Assembly (NCBI GenBank): GCA_963724295.1
Contig: CAVRUC010000011.1
Coordinates: 32,001 to 96,000, forward strand
Reading direction: 5' to 3'
Length of the DNA stretch: 64,000 bases
From: an uncultured Chloroflexia bacterium
GTDB taxonomy: Bacteria > Chloroflexota > Chloroflexia > Thermomicrobiales > UBA6265
Shown: in pieces, positions 1 through 10,932 of the stretch
How the letters are laid out: every line of letters starts with the position of its first letter
Numbering within the stretch: the stretch's first letter is position 1
The notes under the pieces: generated by a model
The model's database searches: none
Seen by the model: only the letters and a program-made list of their open reading frames with translations
What the model was told of the DNA's origin: nothing
Position numbers and translations under genes: made by a program

Positions 1-1934
1 CCCGCAGCAGGACTGCGGGCGCGCGCATCGTCTCCCTGTGCCCAGGCGATCAGGCCAAGATGAAAGCGCGCGTGGCCGAACCAGTCTTCATGTCGTATCC
101 GGCGTCGCGGAGAGCGGCCTCGTTGTCGCGGAAATAGGCCTCGTTGGCCGCGAAGAGCGCCGCGGCCTCGTCGTAGCGCCCCTGGCTGACGTAGACGCCA
201 CCAAGCAGACTGCCCGCGAAGGCGCGGCCATAGGCGTCGCCGGTCTGCTCCCACCACGGGAAGCTCTCCGTCAACAGCGCGGTCGCGCGCTCCGTCTCAC
301 CGCACACGTTGGCGAGCATTCCGCTGCACGTGAGCGCCCAGGCCCGCGGCCGCGGCGCGGCAGTCATCTGGCGGCGTCTCGAGCGCCTGATCGAGCCAGC
401 GCCGCCCTTCGTTGAGGTGGCCGCGGTAGTACCAGAAGAAGGCCAGGGCCCCGGCCAGGCGCAGGAGCGTGTCGTGGTCACCCGTGTCCCGCGACCACGC
501 CAGCGCCGCCCGCAGGTTGTCATGTTCGCGTTCGAGCACATCCGAGCCAGGTCGGGTCGCCGATCTCGAGGAGTCGGCCGGTGCGTTCGGCCAGATCGCG
601 AGGAAGAACGCGGCGTGGCGATCTGCGGGTGGCCGACTCCTCGCCGCTCTCGACCAGCCGCTCCAGCGCGAACTCGCGGATCGTCTGCCAGCATCGTGTA
701 GCGCGGCTCGGCGTCCTGCTCTTCAGTCTGCAGGAGACTGGCGTCAAGAAGCGACTGCCATCCCCTCCAGCACGTCGAACGGCTCATCCAGGTTGGCGAC
801 CGCCTCGGCCGCCTCCAGCGTGCACCCTCCGGCGAAGACGCCGAGGCGGCGAAAGAGGGTCTGCTCGTTTGGCCGCAGCAGGTCGTAGCTCCAGGCGATC
901 GTATCGCGGAGGGTGCGCTGCCGGTCCGGCAGGTCTTGAGCCCCGCCCGTGAGCAGCGGCAAGCGGCGGTCGAGCCGCACCGCGAGGGCGGCCGGCGAGA
1001 GGGCCCGGGCGCGGGCCGCCACCAGCTCCAGCGCCAGCGGTAATCCATCCAGACGGTGGACAATCTCCACTACCGCCGGAGCATTGGCCTCGCTCAAAGC
1101 GAAGTCGGATTTGACGGCACGCGCCCGATCGACGAAGAGGCGCACGGCCGCGGTCTGGCCAAGCTCCTCCAGAGGCGGCAGACGGCCGGCGTCGGGCAGC
1201 GCCAACGGAGGAACCGCGTACAGGTGCTCCCCCGAGAGGTGCAACGCCGCGCGACTGGTGGTCAACACCCGCAGGGCGGGACACGCCCCGAGGAGCTCGG
1301 CGACCAGCGGCGCCGCCGGGAGCACGTGTTCGAAGTTGTCGAGGACCAGGAGGAGGCGCTTGCCGGCGAGGTGCGTCACGAGCGCGTCGCGCAGGGTCTG
1401 CTCCGCCCGTTCCCGGACGCCCAGTCGCTCCGCGATTGTGGGAGCGACCAGGGCCGGATCAGCCAATGGCGCGAGCGAGACGAAGACCACGCCATCGGGA
1501 AACTTCGGCGCGACCTGCTCCGCGACGGCAAGCGCGAGGCGGGTCTTGCCGGTGCCGCCCGGTCCGGTCAGGGTGAGGAGCCGGATCGTGGGCTGAGCCA
1601 GCAGGGCAGCCACCGCCTCGATCGCCTGCTCTCGACCGATCGAGGGGGGTGAGGGGAACCGGCAGACCGGGATAGCAATCGCCTCGTTCCCGCCGCGCGC
1701 GTGTCGTCACAGGACGCCGGGCCGCGGCCACCAGCGCGGCCCGATCAGTTGGCGGGAGGGCAGGGCGTCCAGCAGGAGCTGCAACGTGTCCTTGCGCGGG
1801 AGCCCATGGGCGCCGCGCTCCAGGTCGCTGACGCCACGCGTGCTGACCCCAGCCCGTTCGGCGAGCTCCTCCTGGGTCAGCCCCGCGGCGACCCGGTAGC
1901 GTCGTAACAGACCACCGAAGTCGCTCTCCGTCAT
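1..1934 (-). CDS. XRE-HTH / NB-ARC ATPase / TPR transcriptional regulator (copy 1; frameshifted; 3' end off the window)
   Basis: ATG at 1934 gives [41 protein letters not shown] (HTH_XRE). Walker [28 protein letters not shown] and EHDNLRAAL are spread over ORFs 1707-2006, 744-1613, 297-539 and 50-1063. Confidence 0.88.
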
Positions 1935-2144
1935 GCCCGCCACGCCTGGTAGATCGCTGCACGGGTGGGATGCGCCGATTCTAGAGGCACACGTCGACCT
2001 ACGCAATCAACGGAGATGTGGGTCGAGGTGTGAGTTAGTCGTGTTCAGGCGTGACGCCAGGCCCTAGGGTGCATGCACGCCACTGACCCGGATGAGGGCC
2101 ATCCGGAGATCGAGCGGCAGAGCGACAGGAACGGAGGCCATGTC

Positions 2145-2587
2145 ATGGAGCAGACACTCTTCACGTTGCCGATCCTCCCCGGAAAGACCGGGGCCGCCCG
2201 CGCCTTTCTGCAGGAGGTGGAAGGCCCGCGCATACAGGAACTCGCCGCGTGCGGTGCAGAGCGTGGGCATCGACCAGGGAGGTGTGGGCCATCCAGCAGA
2301 CGCCGCAGGGCGACATGTACGTCGCCTACATCGCCGGAGAGGACATCGCGCACGCGTTCAAGGAGTTCGCCGCCTCCCAGACCGAGTTCGATCGCTGGTT
2401 CAAGCAGCAGCTGCAGGAGACGACCGGCGCGGATCTGAACACGCCGCCGCCCGGACCCATCAGTGAGATCCTCGCCGACACCGATGGCCTGATCCGCCGA
2501 GACACCACGCGTTGGGTGGGGGCGGGTCAGCAAGACCCGCCCCCACCCAACGGGACGATGAGTATGGCAACTGACCAACGAGGCTGA
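2145..2587 (+). CDS. small alpha/beta protein (DUF6176-like), frameshifted; cargo of regulator 1
   Basis: RBS GGAGG, then MEQTLFTLPILPGKTGAARAF; continues in another frame as EVWAIQQTPQGDMYVAY...FDRWFKQQ. 3' end uncertain. Confidence 0.6.
2510..2552. repeat. perfect 19-bp-arm hairpin (REP-like or terminator)
   Basis: cgttgggtgggggcgggtc-agcaa-gacccgcccccacccaacg. Confidence 0.7.
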
Positions 2588-2609
2588 GCAAGCGCAAGGA
2601 GGGACGATC

Positions 2610-3143
2610 GTGACCGAACAGATGACGGATACCGTCGCCGCCACACCGACGAAGGCCGACTTGATCGAGGGCATCAACCGTGCGTGGTCGAACCTGGAGG
2701 AGGCGCTCGCCGGCTCGGATGAGGAGGCGTTGACGACGCCCGGCGGCGACCGCTGGTCTGTCAAGGATCACCTCGCCCACATCGAAAGCTGGGAGCGTTA
2801 TCTGCTCGCGCTACTCGAGCGGCGGTCGCCGTCGGCGGCGATCGGGATCGATCTCGTCACCCTGCGATCGACCGAGGACGACGCCCTCAACGAGCTGCTC
2901 GTCGAGCCAACCAAGGCGCAACCCCTCTCCCAGGTGCTGGCCGACCTGCGGCGCACGCACGAGCGACTCCTCGCCGCCATCGCTGCTGTGCCCGAGGGCG
3001 ATCTGGAGCGGCTCGCCGCCGATTACCAGCCAGAAGAACTGGCCGGCGACACGGACTCGATCGCCGTTTGGATCCACCACATCTGCGACGAGCACCTGCG
3101 CGACCACGTCGACTGGATCCAGCGTCTTAGCGGAAGCAGCTAA
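2610..3143 (+). CDS. DinB/ClbS-DfsB family four-helix-bundle protein
   Basis: WSVKDHLAHIESWE and C-terminal EHLRDH motifs; RBS AGGAGG. Confidence 0.8.
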   Translation: MTEQMTDTVAATPTKADLIEGINRAWSNLEEALAGSDEEALTTPGGDRWSVKDHLAHIESWERYLLALLERRSPSAAIGIDLVTLRSTEDDALNELLVEPTKAQPLSQVLADLRRTHERLLAAIAAVPEGDLERLAADYQPEELAGDTDSIAVWIHHICDEHLRDHVDWIQRLSGSS

Positions 3144-3546
3144 CCCCCGACGACAAGCGGCAGCTGCTCGCCCTGGACGGGCGCTCCTGGCCTCGGCGGC
3201 CGGGGCGCCCGTTCTGAGCGCCGCCACGCCCTGCTTCGGCTCACTGCAAACATGTGTCAAGCATGTCGTAGCGAGGCGTGGTTTGGGGCCTGCATGTCCG
3301 CCATAACCGCAACGGCGTATCGGCGCTGGATCAGGACCCACCTGATAGCAGTTGGCCGCCGGCTCGGGTGGACATCGCCCGTTCAGATCGGCGATGACGA
3401 TCGGTTTCTGACCGTCCCGCACCGCATGGCGAGCTAGCGCCCGGACGGACGTTTCCCACCGACTTCCGTAAACCGTTACATTTTCAGCGCTCCAGCCATT
3501 ACTCCAATGACAGAGCATTCTCGCGAGGCAAGCGGGAGCGAGCGGC

Positions 3547-4152
3547 GTGGCATCCATCTTTCATCGCCTGCGTCCACCGGAGAAGCCGGTAAGCACCCCG
3601 GTCGAAGACGCTCGACTCGTTGTGCTCGCTCAGGTTGATCAGCACGTGTTCGCCGCGATCTACGACCGCCACTTCGCCGGGATCTACGGGTATTGCTACC
3701 GAAGCCTGGGGACCGTGGAGCGGGCGGAGGATGCTGCGCAGCAGGTGTTTGCGCAGGCTCTGGCCGCGCTGCCCGAATACCGGGAGTCGGGGCGATTCCG
3801 CTCCTGGCTCTACACCATCGCCCATCACGTCATCCACGCTCAGCGTGACGCCGACCATAGCAACGCTTCGCTGGACGTCGCCGTCGAAGTACCCGATCCC
3901 GGGATTTCGCCTGAAGAGCAGGCACTGGGAGCCCTCGATCGTGGCGCGCTACTGGAGGCGATCGAGCTCCTGCCCCGCGATCAACGCCGCGTCATCGAGC
4001 TGCGGATCGCCGGGCTGAAAGGGCGCGAGATCGCCCAGGAGCTGGGGCGTAGTCATGAGGCGGTGCGGATGCTGCAGCACCGCGCCCTCGACCATCTGAC
4101 TGTCGCCCTGCTCAGCCCAGATCAGTCCCGAGGAGGCCGGTATGGAGCGTGA
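3547..4152 (+). CDS. ECF RNA polymerase sigma factor
   Basis: Region 2 (AEDAAQQVF...FRSWLYTIAHH) and region 4 (LPRDQRRVIELR...EIAQELGRSHEAVRMLQHRAL). Confidence 0.92.
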   Translation: MASIFHRLRPPEKPVSTPVEDARLVVLAQVDQHVFAAIYDRHFAGIYGYCYRSLGTVERAEDAAQQVFAQALAALPEYRESGRFRSWLYTIAHHVIHAQRDADHSNASLDVAVEVPDPGISPEEQALGALDRGALLEAIELLPRDQRRVIELRIAGLKGREIAQELGRSHEAVRMLQHRALDHLTVALLSPDQSRGGRYGA

Positions 4153-5355
4153 GGTGCGGCGCCGACAGGCGGAGGCGCTCGATCGCTACTGGGATGCGGT
4201 GGTCGGCGGAGACGAGCAGGGAGCCTCCCCAGACGTGGGCGAGGCACCCGCCGAGCTCATCCGACAGCTGCAGTCACTCGGTTCTACCCCGGGCATGGAG
4301 AAGGCCCGGGGACGGGTCTGGGAGCACGTGACCCACCGTTCGAGACGCGATCTGGAGGAGATGGCCATGGATACGACCGGAATCGTGCCAGGTGTGTTGC
4401 CAGCGATGGGAATGAACGGCCGGGTCGATCTGTTGCCTGTTCCTGAAGGCAGTCCGGGACCTCATGTCGCACCAGACCGCCGCTGGATGATGACGCAGTT
4501 TGCCACCGCAGCGCTCGTGGTCGTCACGCTGACCTTCGCCTACCTCGCCTTCGGTCCCCCGCGATCCGGCAGGCAGGATGAGCCAGCGGCGGGTATTCCG
4601 GCGGCGTTCTCGACCGGCAAGCCCCCCGGCCGGCACGATGGCGGAGGAAACGCTGGCGGAGATCACGTTGCCAGCGGACACGGTGCCAGCCACCATCTAT
4701 AGCGGGCAGAATCACTACACCATCCCGCCTGGCAGCAGTGGCAGGTGGGAGCCCTCAAGCTTCAGCGCAACCTGTTGCACTGGTCCGCGGCTGAACTACG
4801 TCCTCGAGGGCACCTACACCGTGCGGAGCGAGGGACCCGTGCAGGTGCTGCGCAGTGATGCCGAGCGGTGGGAGGACATTCCGGCGGGGACGCGAAATCG
4901 TGTTGGAGCCGGGAGATGCCCTGCTCTCGTGGATGAACGACAGCTTCGACGCCGTCAACGCCAGTTCGGACCCAGTGGAGCTGTTGGATGGAATTCTCTT
5001 CGATGGGGAGATGACCACCGATCCCATTCCTCAGGAGCCATCAGGCCGTCCGGCCTGGAGCTACCATGACCAGGACATCATGTTGACGCAGCAGCCGGTT
5101 CCGTCTGAACCTGTGATCCTGCGCTTGCGGCAAGCGACCCTCCCGAAAGGCGGAGTCCTTCCCCGCCCGCCAGGCGCGATCCTTCAACTAGCCGTGAGCC
5201 TGGATGCCGGTGACGTCGTCTTAACCGAAAACCCGCACAACCCGAACCCGTTCGAGTTAGGCAACCTCGGGAGCGGGCCGGCCACGATCTACATCCTGTC
5301 CCTTGAACCGGCGGGGGCAGCGAGCCCGACAGCTGCCGGCACACCGGGAGCGTAA
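4142..5355 (+). CDS. putative anti-sigma factor: cytoplasmic N-terminus, one TM helix, extracellular cupin-like domain (two frameshifts)
   Basis: Overlaps the sigma stop; TM segment FATAALVVVTLTFAYLAF; ORFs 4142-4702, 4578-5069 and 4855-5355 join; YVLEGTYTV and IVLEPGDALL are cupin-like. Confidence 0.6.
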
Positions 5356-5384
5356 TGACCAGGTCGAAGAAAGGAATCACGGAG

Positions 5385-5936
5385 ATGCCACACAACGCCC
5401 GATCTTCAATGTCCCGCCTGAACCGACGCGCCGCAGTGACCGGGATTGGAGCCGCTGCGGTATTGAGTCTCGGTCATGTGGACCGCGCAGTAGCTCAAGA
5501 TGCCACCCCTGACGGGCGGGCCAATCATCCCAACATCGGCGTCTGGATGATCGACTCCCCGATCGGCCGGGCCATCGCAGTCTACGCTGACGACGGATCA
5601 GTCGTGACGGCCCTCCCCGCCACCCAGGCCGGTCCGCAAGGGGTGACCTTTAGCAGCACCCAGGTTGGGACATGGGAGCCAACGGGGGAGCGAAGTACCC
5701 ACCTGACCGTCGTCCAGTTGCTCTCCGACGCGGCGGGCGCGTTCGTTGGCACGGTCACCGTCGACGCCTACCAGACCGTAAGTGCGGATGGCCAGTCCTT
5801 CATCTCCGGTGAAGGGTCGTCGGTGACCATCCGTGATGCAGCCAACACTGTGGTGGACGTCATGTCCAGCTTCCCCCCGCGACGGGGGTGCGGATGGGTG
5901 TCGGTTCACCCGGCCTGGCCGAGGGCACACCTGTGA
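5385..5936 (+). CDS. secreted (Tat-like signal) hypothetical beta-rich protein
   Basis: SRLNRRAAV...AVAQDATP signal; GTWEPTG motif; 3' end possibly frameshifted. Confidence 0.65.
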   Translation: MPHNARSSMSRLNRRAAVTGIGAAAVLSLGHVDRAVAQDATPDGRANHPNIGVWMIDSPIGRAIAVYADDGSVVTALPATQAGPQGVTFSSTQVGTWEPTGERSTHLTVVQLLSDAAGAFVGTVTVDAYQTVSADGQSFISGEGSSVTIRDAANTVVDVMSSFPPRRGCGWVSVHPAWPRAHL

Positions 5937-5980
5937 CCGGAACTCCAGCGACCTAGCGCACGAGCGCGTCACGCAGCGAC

Positions 5981-6003
5981 GGGCCAGGGACCATCCCTGG
6001 CCC
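5981..6003 (+). terminator. GC-rich hairpin downstream of the secreted protein gene
   Basis: gggccaggga-cca-tccctggccc. Confidence 0.4.
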
Positions 6004-6217
6004 GCTGTGCGGCACTGAGCGCGCCCATGGTCTGGTCAACTTCAAGCTCCGAGGATCCTCGAGGTTTTGCCGCGCACCTGGCTCAGAGCGGGAAGGTGTC
6101 GAGGGAAGTCGCGCGTCCCTGGTAGGGGCACCGCATTCTCCACGCCGATCAGGCTATGACAGCGCACCGGCTTTCCAGAATCTGACCACGATCCACGCAT
6201 CACGAACCGCAAAGCAT

Positions 6218-6241
6218 GGGGGCGCGGCATGCCGCGCCCCC
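6218..6241. repeat. 24-bp perfect palindrome (REP-like)
   Basis: gggggcgcggcatgccgcgccccc between convergent genes. Confidence 0.65.
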
Positions 6242-6295
6242 TCATCTCGCTTTCGCGCCTTGTCTTACCGACTCACCGACTCACCGACTCCGCGC

Positions 6296-8173
6296 CTACG
6301 GACTGAACTGCGTGCCCCGGTAGGTGTTCCCGCCGCCGGTGTCGGGGAAGTTCATGCCGCTGATGGCGTACTGCCCGGCGAAGGGCACCGCCTGGCGGTC
6401 CCAGTTGCCGTTGTCGCTGGTGGCCCAGAGGGTGAAGTGCACGTGCGCCGTGCCCATGAATCCAGGGCCGCCCGGTCCGGAGACCTCGCCGAGAAGTTGT
6501 CCCTGCTGCACCGGCGTACCCGCTTCGAGCCCGCGGTTGAAGGTGACGTGGAACATGGCCACCGCGTGGCCGTTGCCGATGTCGATCGAGATGCCACCGG
6601 TGCTGGGATCGGTCCAGCGCACGACGCCGTTGACCGGCGAGTAAACCGGTTGGCCGGCCGTGTTGCCGTCGACGCGAGCCAGATCGAGGGAGTACTCGTA
6701 CTGCCAGAGACTGTCCTGGTTCTGGTGAGAGGAGCCATGGTAGCCCTGCATGATCGTCCACTCACCGCCGCTGACCGGCCAGATGATCCCGCCCGCGCCA
6801 AGCTCGGCGTTGGCTGCCGGTGCGGAGCCTTCCACCTTGCCTTCCTGGCCGCTGCCGTCAGTCTGGCTGTCCCGTTGCAGATAGGTCGCCGAGACCTGGA
6901 GATACTCCGCGGAGACCCAGCCGATCTGCTGGCCGTATTGCACCTGATAGAACCCCTGCTCCGGTCCCGCCAGCGTGGTCAGCGTCGCTCCGGCCGGGAT
7001 CGTGCCCATGATGGGGGCTGTCGCCTCGGGAGCCCCACGCAGGTTGACATGGTTGAGCGTGGTCGCCGCCAGGTCTCCGGAGCCACTGTCGACAGCCGGG
7101 TCGGCGACCAGCGGCGCCGTTTCCTGTGCCAGGCTGACGGGCGCGGCCGTGGTTTGCGGCGATGTCGTGAACGCGGAGAGGAGATTGGCGCTGATGTAAC
7201 CGGTGGTGCCGTTGTACCAGACCGGCGTCCAGCCGTTGCTCGGCGCGCCGGTGATCGTCACCGGGCCGCCCTGCGGCAGGACGCGCAAGACCTCGCTGCT
7301 TTCCGACGGTCCGGCACGCAGGTTGACGACGTCCGCCGCATAGGCGCTCTCGCCTGGCACCGCGGCGAGGTCGCCGATGAGCGCGACATCCCCGGTTGGC
7401 GCGGGCTCTGCCGCCGTCACCGGGGCGGGGGCCGCCTCCTGTAGCAGAGCGACGTCCTCGGTCGCCACTGCCGGCACGGTCTCAACCCCAGGCTCGCCGG
7501 CAGCCAGCCAGCCGCTGTCGACCCAGCCGGAGTTCCCCTCGTAGGTTACGCCGGCGAACCCCTGGTACCACTCTCCGGTGGGCGCCAGCGCCGCACCGGC
7601 CGGAATCACCATCAGCACGGGGTCGGCGAAGCTGGGGCCGGCGCGCAGGTTGAGATCGGCGGTGGTCACCGGATTGGCCGGAACCTCGCTGGATGACGCC
7701 GCCGGGGCCGGCAGTGCTTCAGCGGGAGCAGTCTCGACGGCCATCGTCTCGGTAGCAGCCGTCTCCGGCGCTACCTCGACCGGTGCTGCCTCTTGGGCCA
7801 GCTCGACCACGTCTGGCGAGGCCGCGGCTTGCCCGCCATCGATCAGGTAGCCGGCCACGACGTAGCCGGTCATCCCGTCGACGGAGACCATATGCCAGGC
7901 GGTGCCTTCCGCGGAGTAGACCGGGCCGTCGAGAATGTCCGCCGGGGCTCCTTCCGGGAGCGGCGACAGGACGGCCGCGTCGAAGCTGGGCGCCTCACGC
8001 AGCAGGACAGGCTCACCGCCGGTAGTGGCGACGAGTCCGACGGCCCCTGGATAGAGCGCGCTCTGGGCAAAGGCGGTGCTGCCAGCGGACGCCAGCGATG
8101 AGACCGTCGCGGCCAACGCCACGGCGATAACGATCCGGAGCCGGGTCACGGCTCGGCACGGGGTAGACGTCAT
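6296..8173 (-). CDS. secreted peptidoglycan hydrolase: 4x bacterial SH3 + M23 peptidase
   Basis: Signal peptide; four SH3b-like repeats (VLLREAPS, LNLRAGPS, VNLRAGPS, VNLRGAPE); C-terminal WPVSG...PVYSPVNG...AHVHF. Confidence 0.88.
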   Translation of the reverse strand: MTSTPCRAVTRLRIVIAVALAATVSSLASAGSTAFAQSALYPGAVGLVATTGGEPVLLREAPSFDAAVLSPLPEGAPADILDGPVYSAEGTAWHMVSVDGMTGYVVAGYLIDGGQAAASPDVVELAQEAAPVEVAPETAATETMAVETAPAEALPAPAASSSEVPANPVTTADLNLRAGPSFADPVLMVIPAGAALAPTGEWYQGFAGVTYEGNSGWVDSGWLAAGEPGVETVPAVATEDVALLQEAAPAPVTAAEPAPTGDVALIGDLAAVPGESAYAADVVNLRAGPSESSEVLRVLPQGGPVTITGAPSNGWTPVWYNGTTGYISANLLSAFTTSPQTTAAPVSLAQETAPLVADPAVDSGSGDLAATTLNHVNLRGAPEATAPIMGTIPAGATLTTLAGPEQGFYQVQYGQQIGWVSAEYLQVSATYLQRDSQTDGSGQEGKVEGSAPAANAELGAGGIIWPVSGGEWTIMQGYHGSSHQNQDSLWQYEYSLDLARVDGNTAGQPVYSPVNGVVRWTDPSTGGISIDIGNGHAVAMFHVTFNRGLEAGTPVQQGQLLGEVSGPGGPGFMGTAHVHFTLWATSDNGNWDRQAVPFAGQYAISGMNFPDTGGGNTYRGTQFSP

Positions 8174-8543
8174 CTGACCCTCCCTCCGAGGTCAAACGAT
8201 GCCGAGAACCCCTGTACCCCTTCCCGCGGATCAACCGGGCAATCGTGGCGCCCGGTCCCGGTGCGTTCCGCGGCGTCCATCCCCATGAACCGCCGCCCGC
8301 ATCCGGAGTGTGGCGCTCATCGGGAGCCTCAAGCGCTGCCCCATCCGGCAACTCGGCTCCACGAGAGCAAGCGTCAGACACCGGTATTCGCCACCCATCC
8401 GTAGCTTCCGCGTGTCTGACGGGGGACACCCTACCAGATGACGGCGATTTTGGAAAGTCAAGGAGAAGACGGCTGCAAGAAGACGGCCAGACGGCAAGAC
8501 GGCGAGGAGGAAGGTCGCTGAAGACTTGTTGTGCGTTCACCCA

Positions 8544-9326
8544 TCAGACTTCGTCCTCGTCGGTTCGCCTCTCAACACCCAGGACCACATCCAGTGGCCG
8601 TTCCAGGCGGAGAAGGTGACGCATCCTGAAGACGGATTCCTGGAGGCGCTGTGGTGTCCACTCGACCGCGGCGAGAATCTCGCTGGCCTCGTCGAGTCCG
8701 GCGCGCGAGAGGAGACCCTTTTCGTTGAGCGCCCACGTGCCATGAGCTGCCAGGCGGGCGTGCGCCGCGGCCATCACGGCGCGAGCCAGCAGTCCCACAC
8801 AGCCCGCCACATCGCCACGGGTAGCGTGTTGCTCGGCGATGAGGAGCGAGAACGCCGCATCTCCCTCCCAGCGCGGTGGCGCGGCGCGGCGTAGCGCCGA
8901 GGAGAACGACGGTCTCGGCAACGACCCGCGTAACACCGTGCCCAGTGCCAGCTCGCCGGCGAGCACATAGGTGGGGAGACCGGCAACATGGCCACCGACG
9001 CGATCGATCTCGAAGCGGCCGGCATCCGCTTCGGCGATCCAGTGCTCGACGACATCGAGATCGCGATAGAGGAGGTCGACTCGTTCGCCATCGATATTCA
9101 ACCAGGCGCCACCGTTGACGATGCGGCCCCACTCCCCGGGTTCCGTTACGTGACCGGCGTGGCCCAGCTGGCGGATGGCATCGGTGTCGATGCTGCCGCG
9201 ATAGTAGAGCCCGATATCCCAATCGCTATCGGGGCGCGCCATGCCACGAGCGCGGGATCCGCCGAGGGTGACCGCTCTCACCCCTGGCACCCGCGCGACC
9301 TGTTCGACGAGCCTGGGAACGTTCAC
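8544..9326 (-). CDS. nucleotidyltransferase-domain protein
   Basis: GTG at 9326 after GGGAGG; LGGSRARG...DSDWDIGLYY pol-beta NTase motif. Confidence 0.85.
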   Translation of the reverse strand: MNVPRLVEQVARVPGVRAVTLGGSRARGMARPDSDWDIGLYYRGSIDTDAIRQLGHAGHVTEPGEWGRIVNGGAWLNIDGERVDLLYRDLDVVEHWIAEADAGRFEIDRVGGHVAGLPTYVLAGELALGTVLRGSLPRPSFSSALRRAAPPRWEGDAAFSLLIAEQHATRGDVAGCVGLLARAVMAAAHARLAAHGTWALNEKGLLSRAGLDEASEILAAVEWTPQRLQESVFRMRHLLRLERPLDVVLGVERRTDEDEV

Positions 9327-9466
9327 GCGGGTCCTCCCACCACGACTGGCAGCGGCTGGCACGATTGTCGTTGGTTCTGGCGTGGAGCTGTTGCGGCGCC
9401 ACGCACGAGCGAGAGGAAGTTGAGTCATGCTCGGACGTGCGAGAAGCGCGGTCAAGACGCGGAGGA

Positions 9467-9498
9467 CGACGAGATTCCTCGTGCCTCGGAATGACACC
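9467..9498. repeat. TGTCATYCCGAG...GATCT-type palindromic repeat (partial copy)
   Basis: Reverse complement matches 13479-13510 at 30/32. Confidence 0.7.
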
Positions 9499-9622
9499 GC
9501 GTTCGCGGGAATGACGATGATTTCGTTCGGAAAGACACGGTTGAGCCGACGATGGATGCAGTGGCGCACCCGCGCTCGTTGCTTCATCATCTCTCCGCAC
9601 GATAGGAGAGACAGGAGAGAGC

Positions 9623-10819
9623 ATGGCGGCGGAACGGGCAGTGGACGTGATTGTCGTGGGCGGCGGGGCGATGGGCAGCGCGGCAGCCTGGCGGCTGGCG
9701 CGGGCCGGGCATCGGGTGCGGCTGCTGGAGCAGTTTGCCCTCGGCCACGAGAAGGGCAGCTCGCATGGCCCCTCGCGCATGATCCGCATCGCCTACCCCG
9801 CTCCCGAGTACGTCGAGATGGGACAAGAGGCGTTCCGGCTCTGGGACGAGCTGCAGGCCGAATCGGGTGAGTCGCTACTGCTGCGCACGCACGGCATGAA
9901 CGTCGGCGTGCCGCACGCCGACGCCATGGAAGAGGTGGCCGATACCCTCGACACGCTGGGCGTGCCCTACGAGCGGCTCGACCATGACGAGCTGCGTCGC
10001 CGCTACCCGCAGTACACCTTCCCGGAAGGGTCGATCGGCATCTACCAGGAGGACTACGGCATCCTCGCCGCCAGTCGCTGCGTGGCCGCGCTCGCCGCGC
10101 GGGCCCGTGCCGAGGGGGCGGAGCTGCATGACGAGGAGCCGGTCGTCGAGATCACGCCTGATGGCGACGGTGTGACGGTACGCACCACGCGCGGCACGTA
10201 TCACGCTGAGCGGGTGATCCTCACCGCCGGGTCATGGTTGGGGCCGCTGCTGGCCCCGCTGGGGATCGATCTGCCGCTGACAGTGCTGCAGGAGCAGCTC
10301 GCCTTCTTCCAGGTGCGCGATCCCGCGGCGCACACCCCGGATCGCTTGCCGCTGCTGATGCATCGCTTCCCCGGTACGACCTCGCTCGGCTCGGTCTTTC
10401 CGATCTACGACCACCAGGGGGTGAAAGTGATGCTCGACCGCATCGGCCCCGGGGTCGTCGATCCCGGCAACCCCGACCGCTCGATCGATCCCGCGCGGTT
10501 GGAACGCCTGCGCGCCTACGCCACGGAGCTGATGCCGGGCATCACCGGCGAGATCCTGGAGACCACGAGCTGCCGGTACACGATGACCCCGGACGAGGAT
10601 TTCATCATCGACCTCCACCCGGAGCACCGGCAGATCGTGATCGCCTCCCCATGCTCCAGCCACGGCTTCAAGTTCGCGCCGGTGACCGGGCAGATGCTGG
10701 CCGACCTCGCGGTGAACGGGACGACTCCCTACCCGACCGCTCGCTTCAGTCTCGACCGGCCGGCGCTGGCCGAGTCGTGGAGTCCGACGAAGGCGGCGGT
10801 GGTTGGTCGTGAGTCGTGA
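9623..10819 (+). CDS. solA: monomeric sarcosine oxidase / N-methyl-L-tryptophan oxidase family
   Basis: GGGAMGSAAA, GSSHGPSRMIR, CRYTMTPDEDFIID, CSSHGFKF. Confidence 0.9.
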   Translation: MAAERAVDVIVVGGGAMGSAAAWRLARAGHRVRLLEQFALGHEKGSSHGPSRMIRIAYPAPEYVEMGQEAFRLWDELQAESGESLLLRTHGMNVGVPHADAMEEVADTLDTLGVPYERLDHDELRRRYPQYTFPEGSIGIYQEDYGILAASRCVAALAARARAEGAELHDEEPVVEITPDGDGVTVRTTRGTYHAERVILTAGSWLGPLLAPLGIDLPLTVLQEQLAFFQVRDPAAHTPDRLPLLMHRFPGTTSLGSVFPIYDHQGVKVMLDRIGPGVVDPGNPDRSIDPARLERLRAYATELMPGITGEILETTSCRYTMTPDEDFIIDLHPEHRQIVIASPCSSHGFKFAPVTGQMLADLAVNGTTPYPTARFSLDRPALAESWSPTKAAVVGRES

Positions 10820-10932
10820 TCCGAGACGGCGAGACGGAAGACGGCGAGACGGCAAGAGGAGCACGAAAACAAGCTCCTGCTCCCGCTGCAAGTGCGTCGC
10901 CCGCGTCCCCTCTGAGGGGAGAAGGGTTGGGG

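Noticed and set aside
8174..8425. c-di-AMP (ydaO) riboswitch
   Set aside because: Conserved GCYGAAUCC/GGAAC/GGGG motifs not found by eye.
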